DNA of 64,000 bases from Heptranchias perlo (taxonomy: Eukaryota): contig NC_090343.1 in NCBI RefSeq assembly GCF_035084215.1, positions 30,070,001 through 30,134,000 on the forward strand, read 5' to 3'. Under the pieces are notes generated by a model, which saw only the letters and a program-made list of their open reading frames with translations, made no database searches and had not been told where the DNA came from. The translations under genes were made by a program, and so were the position numbers. Positions 63,521-64,000 of this stretch are shown in pieces. Within the stretch, counting starts at the first letter, position 1; each line of letters begins with the position of its first letter.

Positions 63521-64000
63521 GTCAGTGAGTCGTAATACATATAGTATGTGTTGGTTTTTTGTGGGTTTAATTTTCCTGTTGCGATTCTATGGTGTTGTAA
63601 AACACATTTCATTGTAATTTAAGACCTCAGTTTATTCCATTACTTTTTAATCTCCACGTTATTATCGTAGCAGCTGCTGTTCCCTGTTTTAAGGTGTATT
63701 GTCATCATATCATTTGGGAGCATCGAGATAAAACTTTTCGAGACTGTACAGGCCTTGATTTTCTATGAGCATGACCATGAGAGATCGACTATTAACTGTA
63801 AAATATAATTATGAATTTTTTTTTTAAATGGTCAAGAAACTCACAGCAATGGGGCTATGGCTGAAAATTGCACCATGTCTGGGGTCCTGGTAAGAGTTGC
63901 GGCAAGTGGGCAATAAGGGGTCTGCAGCCCTAATGGGTTGGGTGCAGTGTGGGCAGTGATAGCAGAAGCCCCTTTAGAGAATCACGTTCCTGAACTCTGA

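Overview
Repeat-dense vertebrate genomic DNA, most likely from a cartilaginous fish (inferred from HER1-type CR1 LINEs and SacSINE1/DeuSINE-like SINEs). No host protein-coding exon could be supported, so this is intergenic DNA or a large intron. It contains decayed CR1 and L2 LINEs, tRNA-derived SINEs, several PIF/Harbinger transposons and MITEs with 3-bp TSDs, a Gypsy gag-pol relic, an LTR-like segment, and Penelope-like palindromic insertions, one carrying a hammerhead ribozyme motif. The best lead is a young CR1-group LINE family (copies at 4760-7712, 45211-47714, 48091-49161 and a fragment at 44738-45210). Its 5' end is a tRNA-like head with A and B boxes, it has no ORF1, and it has no in-frame AUG before the endonuclease domain. 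Its sense strand has no internal TTTT Pol III terminator over about 3 kb. Together this suggests an autonomous, protein-coding retrotransposon transcribed by RNA polymerase III. All calls were made by eye, with no database searches.
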